From the NCBI RefSeq assembly GCF_009914755.1, contig NC_060928.1: a stretch of DNA of 64,000 nucleotides; one strand, written 5' to 3'. Under the pieces are notes generated by a model. That model saw nothing but the letters and a program-made list of their open reading frames with translations, made no database searches and was not told the origin of the DNA. The stretch comes from the human T2T-CHM13v2.0 reference genome, Homo sapiens. Below, piece after piece: positions 12,987-29,259 of this stretch (position 1 is the stretch's first letter; every line of letters starts with the position of its first letter). Made by a program: the position numbers and the translations under genes.

Positions 12987-15412
12987 TAATGACCACCTGG
13001 CTACCATCTATGCTTGCAGGCTGGCATACTACAATGAGCAGGTGGCGAAGCCAGCCAGGCTTGTGTCCTTCCCTTCAGGGTGGTAAGTTCTCCCAGGTAG
13101 ATCCAGAGGTGTTCTGGTGGGTCCAGAGTTCCTCCTAGGTGGGTCCAGAGGTGCTGTCTGGGAGTCAGGGACAAGAGTCAAAAACCTTAGAAGTCTACTT
13201 TGTGTTCTATTGTACTGTGGCTGAGCTGGCATTCAAACCACAAGAATCAGTTGTTTCCCCTCTTCCGTCTTCATTTCAAAGGCAGAGGACACTTCCTGTG
13301 GCCACCACTGCCACAGGCCTACAGGGAGTACTGCCAGACTACCACCTATGTTCACTTAAGGCCCAGAGTGTTTTAAGTCAGCTTGTGGTAAATGCTGCCT
13401 GGCCTGGGATTCACCCTTCAGGGCAGTGGGCTCCCATCTGGTCCAGGTAGGTCCAAAAATGTTGTCCAAGTGTCAAGGTCTGTAATCAGAGACCCTAAGA
13501 GCCCACTTTGTGCTCTACCTCCTTGTGGCTGAGCTGGTACTTAACATGGAAGATAAAGTCCCCTTTACTTTTCCCTTAGCTTTTCTCAAGCAGAAGGTGT
13601 TTTTCCCTATAGCCCCCACAGCTGGGAATGTGCTGAGTCTCACTTGAAGCTAGCATGTCTCAGGCTCACCCAAGGCCCATGGTGTACTACCTGGGTATTG
13701 CCACTGGTTATTCAGGCTCTCAAAGGCTTTTTAGTCAGTCGGTGATGGGTCTTGCTGTGACTGGGTCCTTCCCTTCAAGGCAGTGGGTTCCCTTCTAGTC
13801 CAGGTTGTGTCTAGAAATGTCATCCTGCACCTAGAACCTGGAAAGGGAGCCTCATAACTCTGACTGGTGCCCTATCTTATTGTGGCTGAGCTAGTATCCA
13901 AGATGCAAAACAGTCTTCTTTACTCTTTCCTCTCCTTTCCCAAGTGGAAGGAGCCAGTTCCTTTTGAACCCATGAGCCCTGCTGCCTGGGATTGTGGGGA
14001 GGTGGTACATGCACCCCCTTAGTCAGCCCCACTGATGTCTCAGTAGGTTGTACACCACCCAAGTCCACTGGTTGTGAGCCCCGCACAGCACTATGACTCA
14101 CATAGGAGTTGCGGTCTTTGTGGCCTATACTGCATTTAAAGTTTATTTAGAGTCCCAGAGGACTTTAGCCCACTGTGGTGAGGCGTGGGAGAACTCAACT
14201 TCTGACCCGTGGGATGGGTGACTCCCATCTGGCTAGGGCTGGATTAAATATTCCCTCTATGCACAGGCATCAGCTAGATTTGGATCAGTTTTGCTTTCTC
14301 CTGTGACAGGGCAATGTCTAACAATTGCTGTCCTTTCTCTCCCAAGGGCAAAGATTCTCTCTCCATGCCACATGGCTGCTGCTGGGGATGGGATGGGGTG
14401 TCACTGGCAATTCAAGACTGTCTTTACTACACTCTTCAGTGTCTCTTTCAGCTATATGAAGTTAAAATCAGATACCATGAGAGCTCTCGTGATTTTTGGT
14501 TCTTAGGAAATGATTATTTTTGTGTGTAGATAGATGTTACATTGGTGTCCTTCTGGGGTGATGATCAGTGGAGGCTTCTATTTGACCATCCTGCTCCACC
14601 CCGTGTAGTCTCTTATTATTAAGAGTCTGGCTCAGAGTAGTGTATAGAATTGTTTTTCCCAATAGTCATGATTAGTTTGCACTCATGTAGCCAATACTTT
14701 TTTTTAATGTCTATGTCCAATCTGTAATATCAAAGATATATTCTCTAGGAGACAACATATGAATAAATGGTCCATCCAGGGTAGAACTTCTGTGTTTTAA
14801 GTAATGATATGAAAAAATCCAAAATAACATGATTATTAGTAATAGCTGTATTCTAAACAACTCCAGAACAATATTTTGACTTTAGATAAAAAGAAAAAAA
14901 TTAAGAGAAGGGCCAGCTATATTTTAAAATTTTATTATTTTGAACAATATGCATATTAGTGCCTAGATATCAATGCTCATACCAATAACTGACTGTAAAA
15001 GAAATCTAAGGACAAACAGATTTATTATGAGAAGTCCATGATGTAAGGGGCCATTTCGTATTATTTCAGCCTAGAATACAAACCAAGAGGAAGACATATA
15101 AACTGGAACTTTAAAATGTCTTACTTTTTTGAAATATTCTAGAAGGGTCACACTCCCAGTCTGAATTAGTATTTCTATTTTGAAACTGTGGAGTAATGAA
15201 ATCAAAAGGTAATGTTTTGCCTTACTCTCACCATTTATTTAGAGACAAAATTAAAAAAAAAATCCCTCTTCCTTTTTGTTCCCTCTGGGACTCTGAATTC
15301 AAAAACAAAAGAAACACTCAGATTAAATTTTTATTTCTTTCTAGAAAAACATTACATGCATATGAAGAAAAACTATAATCTACAATCACTGGGTTTATTT
15401 TAATTTGTTTAG

Positions 15413-16658
<1,246 letters not shown>

Positions 16659-18099
16659 AAATAAATGACAGAAACTAACCAGGTACTATAGAGAAATTAT
16701 TCTGAAATACATAGAACCTAACATCAGTCATTGACTCTGATGATACCTAAGATATAGCTATAAGAAATTATCCCAAGAAAAGAGTATCTTTCAACATGAG
16801 CAAGATGTTATATAAGGCGGGTTGAAATTACAAAGGGGAGAGAGATACTGTTCATGTAAGAGGGCCATGTTTTTGAAGCTCTCCTCGCTTTAGGATTCGT
16901 TTGTAGGTGCCAGAGGCCATTTGGTTGTTTGTGCACATTATTTTTAAGTAAAGCTTTTTGAAAGAAAAATAAAATTGAATTACATACACAGTAGATATAT
17001 TTTTGTACATCCTGAAATGAGTAAATTGATCTGGGAAAGCTCATTCTTACTTTTTGTTTTCAAATGCTAGAAATCATGGTAAATGTTAACCAAACATAAA
17101 TGTGGTCTAGTATTATTTGTCAATATCAGAGAAAAAGCACTATTAAAATGGAATCCATTTTGTACATTGCATTTTTAAAACCTGATTGATCACTGTTAAG
17201 TGAGTTTTTGTAGCTAAGTGTTTTTAAGACTGTTGACTGAATTTTAAAGGAAATGTCCATGTGTTGCTAGTAGTACTGTGTAAATAAGTCATAAATGGAA
17301 CAAACAATAATGATTGGCATAATCAGTAGGATTCATTCATCTTTGATAAAACCTCTCCAAGATGCATTAGGTACACCCCAACTGTGGAGAAAAGGATGGA
17401 ATGTGTTTCCTTTTAACTCCACAAATTTATGAAAAAAATCTAACTTATTTAGTCGCATAACGATAGTAGAAAAAATCTCAATAAAATAATCCTAGTAAAA
17501 TATAATATTTTAGAGGTGTTTTTGTTTCATGTAAATTAGAAACAGCCTTTTTAATGTCACTCAATAAATTATAGAATAGTATTAATACAATCCTCATCCT
17601 TTAATCATACATACATATAAAATGTCTTATCAGGGGAAAGAACACACAGAGAAAGTGAGAGAGAAATAAAAAGAGACGAGGGGATACAGGAAAGATAGAT
17701 GTATATTAGAAAATTATTGCACTTTCTAGAAGAGATGTCATTCCTGGGATAAAAGAAGCCTTGAGCAGATTATAGAATACATCAGAGGCATTCTTTTCAA
17801 TAAATGACAAAGAAAGATAGAGTTGCAAAAATACAATCAACTGGAATAGTGAAATTTTAGCAATTTCAGCAGAGTAATTAAGAATACTTTACAAAAGGCA
17901 ATTTTTAAGAAGTCCTTATGTAATGAATTAACTATTATATAACAGACTGATTACAGTATGTGGACAGCAGCTTATACAAAACCAAAAGAAAAGAAAAAAA
18001 ATTAAAACAAAGACATTAAAAACAGGAGTAGAGCATCAGATCATATTGTATTAACATGCCATGACTAGATTGCTTTTCTTTCTGATATACCATAACCTA

Positions 18100-18408
<309 letters not shown>

Positions 18409-18884
18409 TCATCTCAAAATTCCATCAAAATATCATGCTATTGTCACTTATATTTATGTTTCAAATGCTGCCAGTTGATGTTGTCAATCTTTACTTGGTA
18501 TATGAAAACTATAGCTGGGTTGAAGGGCTCAGTTAAACATAAGTTCTCCTTGCCTAGAGGTTGAGGAGGAACGACTTTCCACTGCTATGTACTCTGCTTG
18601 GTAATTGTTGAGCTAAACCAATTAAATGTATCATTGGAGGAAAAGGGAAGGGATAGAATAAATGAATCAACCGGCATATGTTTTCTCCTATATAGGACTG
18701 TCTTCTCTATTGCTGCAACATCAGACATACATAAACTGTTTTTCATTCAAATGGTGGGAAAAAAGTAAGTAGATACTCTGAGCCATAATTAATCCACAAG
18801 TTACTACAATTTTTAAAAATCAGGTAAAGACATTTACATGCAATTTTCCAGTCTGGGTCCATTTGATTGCATTGTTAACTTGGT

Positions 18885-18915
<31 letters not shown>

Positions 18916-20152
18916 AACATGTCGACATAGTAGTCAAACGAGAAGTATGCTGCTGTGAATTATCAAATTAAATTCTGGTATTTAGTAGCTTTCAATCAAA
19001 ATTATAAGAATTCAATTAGCGAGGAAAAGGAGAGTAAGCCATACTACAATAGCCCAAATATAATTTATAATTTTACAAAATTTGTATGGATTTCACTGTC
19101 TTGGAAAGCTTTAAAGTAATTAAAAAGTTTGTTAGAACGGTCTTCTCCATACCAGTGTTTTTTTTGTTTTGTTTTGTTTTTTGTAAAGTGAATCTTAAAT
19201 ATCCTTGCCTTTCCATTTCTCAGTAGATTACTAAGTATTGATTTAAAGTCAATGAGGAAATAATTCAGTCAACAAATAATTTGAAGATGATAACATTATC
19301 ATACAATTAAGATGTATTAATAATATGAATAGGGTACTCAGTTTAATATGAGCTGTCTGATTTTCCTTAAATAAGTGCCTCCTAATATTTTTGTTCAAAA
19401 ATCTGAACTTTGGGTAGAGCAAAGGTAGATAAAATGACTGCTTTAAATGGCAACCATTATTTGCACCATTTGTTATTTTTAAAGGGAAAAATTGGTGAGT
19501 AAAATAGAAAAATAAGTACATTATTAAAATAAAATTTAAGATTATAATTTAAAAATCAAATGCAATAAATTACACAATTACATTATTATTCCTTCTTGCT
19601 CTATTTAATGTGGGTATAAAATATGAACCAAATTTTACCATATATTATAGCATTTGTATTTCCTTTTCAATCTAGTGTTCAGGTTTTTTAATGCTTTTTG
19701 CTTGTCTAGAGACAAGCAAAAGAACACAAACCAAATCAAACCAAAATAAAATTAGATAACCTACTAGGGTGCTCCTTCCCTTCAGCTACACTTCCTAAAA
19801 GAGCAATCAACACATTTGGGCTTTGATTTCTTCCTTCTCACTCATTTCTCAATCAATAACACAATGCTTTTCTTTGCACATTGCTTTTATCTTTTATCAC
19901 TTCCTTCAGGAAACTCTCCAGTGCCATCCCACATAGACATCCTCATATTTCCAATTAAAAACCTTAGTAACTTACACAACTTATTGACCACACACAAATC
20001 ATACCATATTACAGTATTTTTATATATTTCCTTTTCCAAATAATGTATGAACCCTGGGGGAAATGTCAGTCTTATTTAATTGTTGCTCCTAATCTGTAGT
20101 TTCCTAAATGTTTGATAAACTGAATTGAAAACCATAATAGAGAATTAACTTA

Positions 20153-20380
<228 letters not shown>

Positions 20381-20479
20381 TTATAACAGAGTTTGAAATG
20401 GAGTTTCAAAGGTATTTCAAAGGCGTTTCAATAGTTACAGTCATTGCTCTTTTGGGAAACCAGTTGATAAGGACTGCTT

Positions 20480-21260
20480 GAGTAGAGGCAGCGTAGAATG
20501 GTAATCATGGCATAGTCTAGGAATCAGGAAGATCTAGGTTCAAATTCTATTCTGACACTTGTTTAAACTTTTTGAACCTCAGCTTTATTATTTTTAAAAT
20601 TGAAATAAGAACACCCATCTCTTGGGGTAAAGTGAGGATCAACAGATGTAAGTCAGCGGTGCCCAGCCTTTTGGCACCAAGGATCGGTTTTATGGAAGAT
20701 AATTTTTTTCCATGGACTGGCAGTGGGTGAGGGAGCGATGGTGTGGGGATGATTCAAGGGCATTACATTTATTGCACACTTTATTTCTGTTGTGATTCCA
20801 TTGTAATATATAATAAAATAATTATACAACTTGCCATAATGTAGAATCCGTGGGAGCCCTGAGCTTGTTTTCCTGCAACTAGACGGTCCCATCTGGGGTT
20901 GATGGGAGACAGCGACAGATCATCACACATTAAGTTCTCATAAGGAGCACTCAACTTAGATTCTTCGCACCTACAGTTCACAATAAGGTTGGCTTTCTAT
21001 GAGAATCTAATGCCGCTGACCTGACAGGAGGCGGAGCTCAGGCAGTAATGCAGCACTGGGGAATGGCAGTAAAAACAGATGAAGCTTCTTAGCTCACCAG
21101 CCACCACTCACTTCCTGCTGTGCAGCCTGGTTCTAACAGGCCAGGAACTGGTACTGGTCCCTAACCCAGGGAACTGGGTACCTCCGATGTAAGTGAAAGA
21201 TATTAATGATTTGGTATTGTGCCTAACACATTAGAATTCATAAATGTCTGTTGAATGGAA
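20480..21260 (+). mobile_element. MIR interrupted by MER1A
   Basis: gaatcaggaagatctaggttcaaatt...gaacctcag...gtgaggatcaa; resumes after 21186 with gtgcctaacaca. Confidence 0.6.
20654..21186 (+). mobile_element. MER1A (hAT-Charlie), full length
   Basis: cagcggtgcccagccttttggcacca...gagaatctaatgccgctg...; perfect 8-bp TSD atgtaagt (20646-20653 / 21187-21194). Confidence 0.9.
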
Positions 21261-22220
21261 TTGGAAAAGCACTTAATAAGTGCTTACAAATACTGGTTTC
21301 ACAGCTCAAAACCTTCATGTCTCCTCTGTATGTTTAACTTTTAAACATATAATTTCTAGAGAAATAATATGGATTATACCACATACTTGACAAAGATGTG
21401 AAACTCCTATAAAAGATATGGTCCATAAACCCATTTAAGAGCAGCAGGAGATAAGTTCAGAATTTCCGTGATTAATAAATCAAGTTCGATTGAGGCTATG
21501 CCTTCCTGTTATACCTCATATTGAATTCATACTGCCTCATGAACATCTTCATGGTGCCTATCTGTGTAACTACATATAACACTGTTGTAACGGAAAAATA
21601 TATTTGAGTCTCTAAAAAGTATACTTAAAGCATACTTAAATATGACTTTTGGAGGGCAACTTCTTGGGGAAGTTAGGAATTCTGTAAATATGGTAAGTAG
21701 AGTCATGCTTTATTAACTTAGTACCAGAGTAACAATATAGCTGAAAGAAGCAACTTCCAATTTTGAACTGGAGATAGCATGGCTAATTGCCAAATTCTAG
21801 CTAATGTTCAGAGACAAAAATAATATGTACCAAACAAATTAGCTTTTTGTATTTTAATAAAACACGATCTTTATGTTGTTTCAATTCTACTTTTGGTCAT
21901 TTTATGTTTATAGAATATATTTTGATTTATGAAAAATTTTCAGACGTAATACTTTCATCAAAGAATGAATATCGCATAGGCCAAAAAATGTTAACCTTAA
22001 GAATAAATATTTCAAAATAAGGATATTTTATCAATATGTTTATAAATCTTTGTTGTTGTAACTACTGGGCAGAATTAAATTTTCAGAAGATATTGTGAAA
22101 ATTATCTATATAATATTCTTAATATTAACTATAGTCATGATTTACCTAAAGAAAACAGTCTTAATTCATTATGTATAACAGCCATTAGGTAAACATGAAA
22201 CTTAGATTTGAAAAATAATC

Positions 22221-22650
22221 ATATTTGTCCTTTTGTGACTGGCTTAATTCACTACATGATTCCAAATATATGTAGTATCTAAAAGAGTGAAACTTATGAA
22301 AGCATAGAACAGATAATGATTGCTCAGGGCTCAATGTATATAAAGTTTTAATAATGCAAGATAAAGAAGTTCTAGACTTCTGCTGTATAACATAGTACCT
22401 ATAGTTAGCAATAAATTATCATGAACTTTATCATGTTAAAAGGATAGATCCCATGTTAAGTGTTCTTAACACACACACACACACACAACAAATACACACA
22501 CATAAGAACACAAGGAAATTTTTTGAGGTGATGGATATGTTTAGTGCCTTGATTGTGGCGATATCATGTTTTTCCAAGCTCATCAAAATGTATACATTAA
22601 ATATGTGCATTTTTTGTATATCAAGTATACCTCAATAAAGCTTACAGAAA
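22221..22650 (+). mobile_element. L1MA (L1MA9/10-like) 3' end with a 33-bp 5' inversion and internal (CA)n
   Basis: 22221-22253 reverse-complements to agtgaattaagccagtcacaaaaggacaaatat; sense acatgattcc...tatacctcaataaagct follows. Confidence 0.7.
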
Positions 22651-22849
22651 GAGAAAAGAAAAAGTAGTGACAAAAAAATACCTAAGTTTAGGAAAACAGT
22701 GTGAACTCTACAAAGAAAAATAATGCGTATGTTTCAAATAGGAGACTTTAAAATTCAACTCTCATGGTTATTTTGGTGAAGATAATAATAAAAAAATTGA
22801 TTGTTAACCATAACTAGGGTACATAATGTATGTAATAGGGTTACATACA

Positions 22850-23015
22850 TCATATATACTTAATAGCCATAATAATCCAACCACAGAATAATACTATTAC
22901 CTCTATTTTACAGAAAGGAAAACTGAGGCTTAAAAGATTATGGGAATTGTTCATAATGATCCAGATAATAAGAGAAGAGCTAGAATTTTAAGCCAGTTTT
23001 GCCAGTCTTCAAAGA
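22850..23015 (-). mobile_element. MIR
   Basis: attacctctattttacagaaaggaaaactgaggcttaaaaga...agagctagaattt. Confidence 0.65.
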
Positions 23016-24156
23016 CAATATAGATACAGATTATAGATTTTGAATATAACCATTTATTTTAGGAGAGAAATATATATATTTCTCCTCCATGATATATATG
23101 TTAGATACTTATGTGTTATATGTGTGTGTGTGTTAGAGATACCCACCAAAGAATCAGAAGTAGAATTTTGCCATTTTGCATTTTTGAATCTAAAAGCCTT
23201 TATGTGTAACATTAAAACAAAGGTAAAATATATAAAGGAATTATATGTGGGCATTTCTGTTCCTGCTCATGTTGATTATAACTCACATAGCATTTATTTC
23301 AATATAGGAATTATTTCTGTATTGGTGTTTCAAAGCCAAGCACCTGTCAATAAATTTGTTGTACTGAACTGAATATCCCTCAAATCTCATTATAATCTTT
23401 TGCTTTGTTGCTTGCTCTGGCATCTAATGAATGTGATTTAGGTATTTAGACAGTTGATTTTCTGAGAGTAAAGGGAGAAGTGGAATAACACAAGCAAGCT
23501 TAAAGCCCTGTACAACTCCTGTAGCACAGATAATTCAAAGTAAATTGCAAATCGCATTGATTCTTCTGGCCAGTCTAATTAGTCTAATGCTAGAGAAGGT
23601 ATTTTCTGAAATAATTTCTACCTGTTAGAAATTAATTTCTAACAGGTAAAATATCATTTTACTTGAATTACATGGAAATAATCAGTTTATGTTCTCATGA
23701 ACATGTTAGTGATAGTAGAGATACTGAAACTTCTAGCATACCTTTTTGTCATAGCTGGTCTGATCCATGATTCATTTATTCAATAAAACATTTATTGAAT
23801 GCCTACTATGGTATTCCAAACACTAGTGATCCAACACTGGGCAAAAATGGTTTTCTGTGAAGTAGAAAAATACTTCCCAAATTGTGAAGTCCATACCATT
23901 TGTGAAGCAGACAAATACTAATCAAATAATCTCACCAATAAATGTAAATTACAGATGTGACAGCTGTTACGAAGGTAAGGCCAAGTGTATACATGAACTG
24001 AGAAAAATGTATTTAGATTGTACTTCAATTGTCCCTAAGAAAAGTCATTCTAGGTTGAAACTTGGAAGGATAACCAGGCAAGGTGGCAGAAGAGTGAGGG
24101 TTGCAAAGATTTCTGGGAGAATGAACAGCATGTGAAAAACTCCTATGTTGATGGTG

Positions 24157-24458
<302 letters not shown>

Positions 24459-24469
24459 GATGGTGGGTT

Positions 24470-24910
24470 TTTACGGTTTGAATTGTGACCCTCCAAAAAA
24501 GATATATTGAGGACCCAACACCCAGTATCACAGACCTTATTTGGAAATAGATTCTTTACATAGGTAATTGGGCTTAAATCAGGTCATTAGGGTGGTCTCT
24601 AACCCAATATGACTAGTGTCCTTGTTTAAAGGGAAAATTTGGAAACAGATATGTAGGGAGAATGTTATGTGAAGACAGAAGATTGAAATGTGGCATCAAC
24701 AAGCCAAGAAACAGCAAAGATTGCCAGCAAATCACCAGAAGCTAGGTTAAGACAAGGAAAGAGTCCCCTACAGGTTCTTGAGGGAGCATGTATCATGGAG
24801 CATCGATTTCAAACTTCCAGCCACCAGAACAATAAGACTATAAATTACTGTTATTTAAAGGCACTCAAATATGTGGTACATTGTTACAGCAGCCCTAACA
24901 AACTAAGACA
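24470..24910 (+). mobile_element. MLT1 (MLT1B/C-like) MaLR solo LTR
   Basis: ccttatttggaaatag, gactagtgtcctt, caagccaagaa, gattgccagcaa, ttgttacagcagccct...aactaagaca. Confidence 0.8.
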
Positions 24911-25151
24911 GTGGGTACAGGTGGAAGAAGCATCATATTCTTTAGTAATTACAGGATACTGCAATTGATACACAGAAAGTAAAGAGGGAAGGTGGTTTAA
25001 GATGAAGTTATAGTACAGGTTGTGGATTTTTTTTGCCAGTGGAAAGTAATTGAGGCAATTTTATCAGAGAAGTAGAATAATCAGATTTCCTCCAGAAAAG
25101 AGCTTCGAGCTTCAGTCTGGAGACTGGAAGAGGAAAAGAATGGAAGCAAAT

Positions 25152-25456
25152 GTTGGGCACAGTGGCTCACACCTGTAACCCCAGCACTTTGGGAGCCCAA
25201 GGTGGGCGGATCACTTGAGGCCAGGAGTTTGAGACCAGCCTGGCCAACATGGAGAAACCTCATCTCTACTAGAAATACAAAAATTAACCTGGTGTGGTGG
25301 CACAGGCCTGTAATCCCAGCTACTCAAGAGGTTGAGGTATGAGCATCTCTTGAGCCTGGCAGGTGGAGGTTGCAGTGAGCAGAGATCACATCACTGCCCT
25401 CCAGCCTGAGTGACAGAGCAAGACTCTGTCTCATAAAAAATAAAAAACATATATAT
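25152..25456 (+). mobile_element. Alu (AluJ/S)
   Basis: Dimeric Alu; 14-bp TSD aaagaatggaagca (25135-25148 / 25457-25470). Confidence 0.95.
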
Positions 25457-26744
25457 AAAGAATGGAAGCAGGGAAGTAAGTTATCTAACTTATGTTCTGA
25501 TTTGGTTCAGAGATAATTGCTGCTTAGATTAGGGCATTACCACTGGAGGTTGAATTAAGTGAATGATTTGAGGAAAGTAAAGAAATACCAAAATACTGTT
25601 GTAGAAAGGGACACTTGGTTGGCCAAAGAAATAGGGAGAATTGCCAGGCTCTGATGAAAACTTATTTGAAATTGTTGATTTGGAATTCGTTTGGGCACCA
25701 ATATTTTCTATTTTGTAACTTTCTTCAGCAACAATAATTTGCGTGGAGAGGATGGATATTTAGGTTCACCTGAACAAACATTCTCTGGACCTTGAGAATA
25801 AATAGTCAGATGTGAGATATAATTTCACCCAAATAATTGTCAGTGCTTTATTGCTTTAAAAAATATTTTATGTGATTACATCAGCTTTTCCAAGGATTTT
25901 TGCTGAGCTTCTCATCACCATTCTTCCTTCACCAGATTCTTAAAGACATTAGAATCTCCTTAGTAGGATTATTTCATAAGTAACAGCTAAGAGCTGATTC
26001 TTTACTCTTCATATTAGCATACCACCTAAACATGTTTTAAAGTCACTTTTTATTATCCTTTATAGAAGCTGAAATTCTCAGAAGCATCTATTGAAAACTA
26101 ATAGTTTTAAAGCCACCTCTTAAAAGTTTTCCTTTCCACTCTAATACTAGACCGCTTTGCTTTACCACTTACTATTTTTCTGATATAATTGAGGTGGTCT
26201 TTTATGTTTACTTATTGTCTTTTGAAAGGCAGATTAGTTTGGATGTAACTTTTGTCTGATGTCAATAAGAAAGCCTTTCCAATTTTGTAATTGTTATTTG
26301 TATCTATTATAATTCTTCCTTTTGTTGGCATTTTTATTAAGTTGTTTCTGGATTTTTATGAGCTTTTACATATCTTCAAGTTTTTCAATGAAGACAGAAT
26401 CCAGCCTTCAGATGTTTATTTGATTGTAGAAACTATGCAAAAAATAATTTGCCTAAAATGATACGAATTTTACTCTCTTCCAATCAATTTGCTCCTGGTC
26501 ATAGTAGCATATGTTCTAGTCTGTTAAGTCCCAAACACAAAATACGGTCTGGCTACTCTCTGTGCAAAATAAAGATTAGTTGCAACAGCTGCTCATGACC
26601 CATGAAGTTTCAACTTCTGGCCTTCAGTGCTAGGGTATTTTCTGCTTCTCTGCTTTGACAAATCATTTGAGAGATACATGACCTTTGTCAAAATGCATTT
26701 TCTAGATACATTTTATTTTGTGATTTTTTTCATAACTGCCTTTT

Positions 26745-27051
26745 CTATTCTTTGTTTGTTTGTTTGGTTGATGGGCCTCTTGCTCTGTTGCCAAGGCTGG
26801 AGTGCAGAGGTGTGATCACAGCTCACTGAACCTCCAACTCTTGGCTCAAGTGATCTTTCTGCCTCAGCTCTCTGAGTAGCTGAGACTACAGGTGCATGCC
26901 TGGCTAGTTTTTTTTTTTTTCCTGTATTTCTTGTAGAGATGAGGATTCACCATGTTGTCCAGGCTGGTCTTGAATTCTTGGGTTCAAGCTTTCTGTCCAC
27001 CTTGGCCTCCCAAAGTGCTGGGATTACAGGCATGAACCACCAAACCCGGCC
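26745..27051 (-). mobile_element. AluJ
   Basis: Diverged dimeric Alu (ggctcaagtgatc); flanks cataactgcctt / cataactgtctt. Confidence 0.9.
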
Positions 27052-28914
27052 CATAACTGTCTTAGACAAACTTAAGAATAAATGAATCATTTAGATGATT
27101 ATAAATGTTGTCTTAATAAATTTCAAAGTGAATAAGCTTTTATTAAAATAATCTATATTTGCTGACTCATGTATGACTCATATATGACTATGACTATTCA
27201 TATATGTATATATGACTATGACTATTCATATATGTATATATGAATATATACATATAATAGGATATTATCTGTCAAGAAACAAATCACTTGTTCATCTAAA
27301 ATTCTTTGATTTTTATAAGTAAAATGTATATACTGATATTTGAGGGAAATTATATTTAAAACAGCTTCAGAATAGTGAAAGTATTTGTTTCTATGTTATA
27401 GGCATTCAATTTAGATTTAGAATTAGGTTTATCTACTCATTTATGTATTTATTTTAAAGAACTTCTTGAATACCAGCTATCTTCTGGGATTTTGTTATCT
27501 TTTTTGGCAATATTGATGAACAAAATAGAAGTAGCTCCTGCCCTTGTGGAGTTCAGAGTCTAATGCAGAAGAAATATATTACTCAAGTAGTCACAAAATA
27601 GGTTAGAAATTATCACACAAATTTCCCTTGAAGTAACGTTGCCTCCAGGATATTTGGTTAAATGTTCCTTGGGGCTTTAGTGTGATGGCCTGTGTGCTCA
27701 GTACCATACCCCATGATTTTTAAAGTTACCAATCTGACTTTTAAAGTTCCCTCTGTCACTATTCTTAAATCAGTAAAAAATATACGTATGATTTCCAAAA
27801 GAAATTTAATTATATAAAGCATTTCAGATTTCAAAATTATATTGAACTTAGAGATTTATGAGAGAGGAGAATACACTGCCATTCTTTGTCCTGATGTTTG
27901 TCCTTGAGTTTGTTCTTTTTGTAATGTTCACCTAATTTTCTAAAACCCTACATACATCATGGGTGACTCTTCATTTACAACCTCTTGTGAAGTTTAACCC
28001 AGTCCCTCACTCCCTCATTAAACTGGTAGGTCTAGCTCAACCTTTTGGAAATTCTGGTGAATAAAAATTTCCTCATTGTTTACAGTGTGATATTATAAAG
28101 CTATGTACAAGTAATTATGAAGCATAAAATAGGGAATTAGACCTCGTCTTGGTTATAAGTGGACACAGTGGTAAAGACATTAGGTATAACTTCCACAAGA
28201 AAGCAACATTAAGATTAGAAAAATAAGTGGGGGCTTATTTAGGGTGAAGGTGGGAATGAGAGAAGGAAGTTGAACAGCAAAGTCCTGAGGTAGGAGAAAG
28301 CAGAGTGCATTTGGGGAACTATGGAAGGCCAGCTCTACAGCATACAGGACAGGGAAAAAACAGGTGGTACTGAATGAAGCTAGAGATTTAGGTATTAAAC
28401 ATGACCTCATTAATATATTGATTATAAATATAAATTTTCTATTTTAACAATAAAAGTAATAATTGCTAATGCATGAATGCTTAGGTACCATACACTCTAA
28501 GAACTTTATATATAACTCATTTAATACTAAAATTTTAATTTTTTACTTAAATAGTAATTACAAAATGATTTGTATCAAAATGCTGCATCAGTAAAGAATA
28601 TTACATGAAACAATGCCTACTCAAAATTTCAGATAACAGATTTAGAAGTAGTAATCTATAGTGGCAATATAAAACTTGCTAAATTTTTTGCTACTTATAC
28701 TATCTCTGTAATAAGTAGTTTTAAAATCAGAACATATTTGATTATTTCACCCATAAGACATAAAATTCTAAATCACTCTTTTGAAGTCCAGTTTACTGAC
28801 ATTTTGTGTCACCTCTATATTGTCTCAAAAACCACTTCCATAAGTAACTTCAAAAGAGCTGCTTCATAAAGTCACTTCAGTGTCATCAATTACATATTAA
28901 AAACTTTGAGTTCA

Positions 28915-29237
<323 letters not shown>

Positions 29238-29259
29238 TCAAATATTTTTAGCTCCCACA

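Larger units (their letters stand above)
10103..14605 (-). mobile_element. L1MA (L1MA1-3-like) with both termini but a large internal deletion
   Basis: 3'UTR and ORF2 end at 10103-~11402, abrupt jump to the ORF1 N-terminal region (ORF 11629-11856), then a long 5'UTR ending near 14600 (sense ggtggagcaggatggtcaaatagaagcctcc). Candidate TSD tagcctttcattatt / tagtctcttattatt. Confidence 0.8.

Noticed and set aside
11629-14529. Cluster of overlapping short ORFs in a GC-richer stretch
   Set aside because: Explained by the L1MA ORF1 remnant and 5'UTR.
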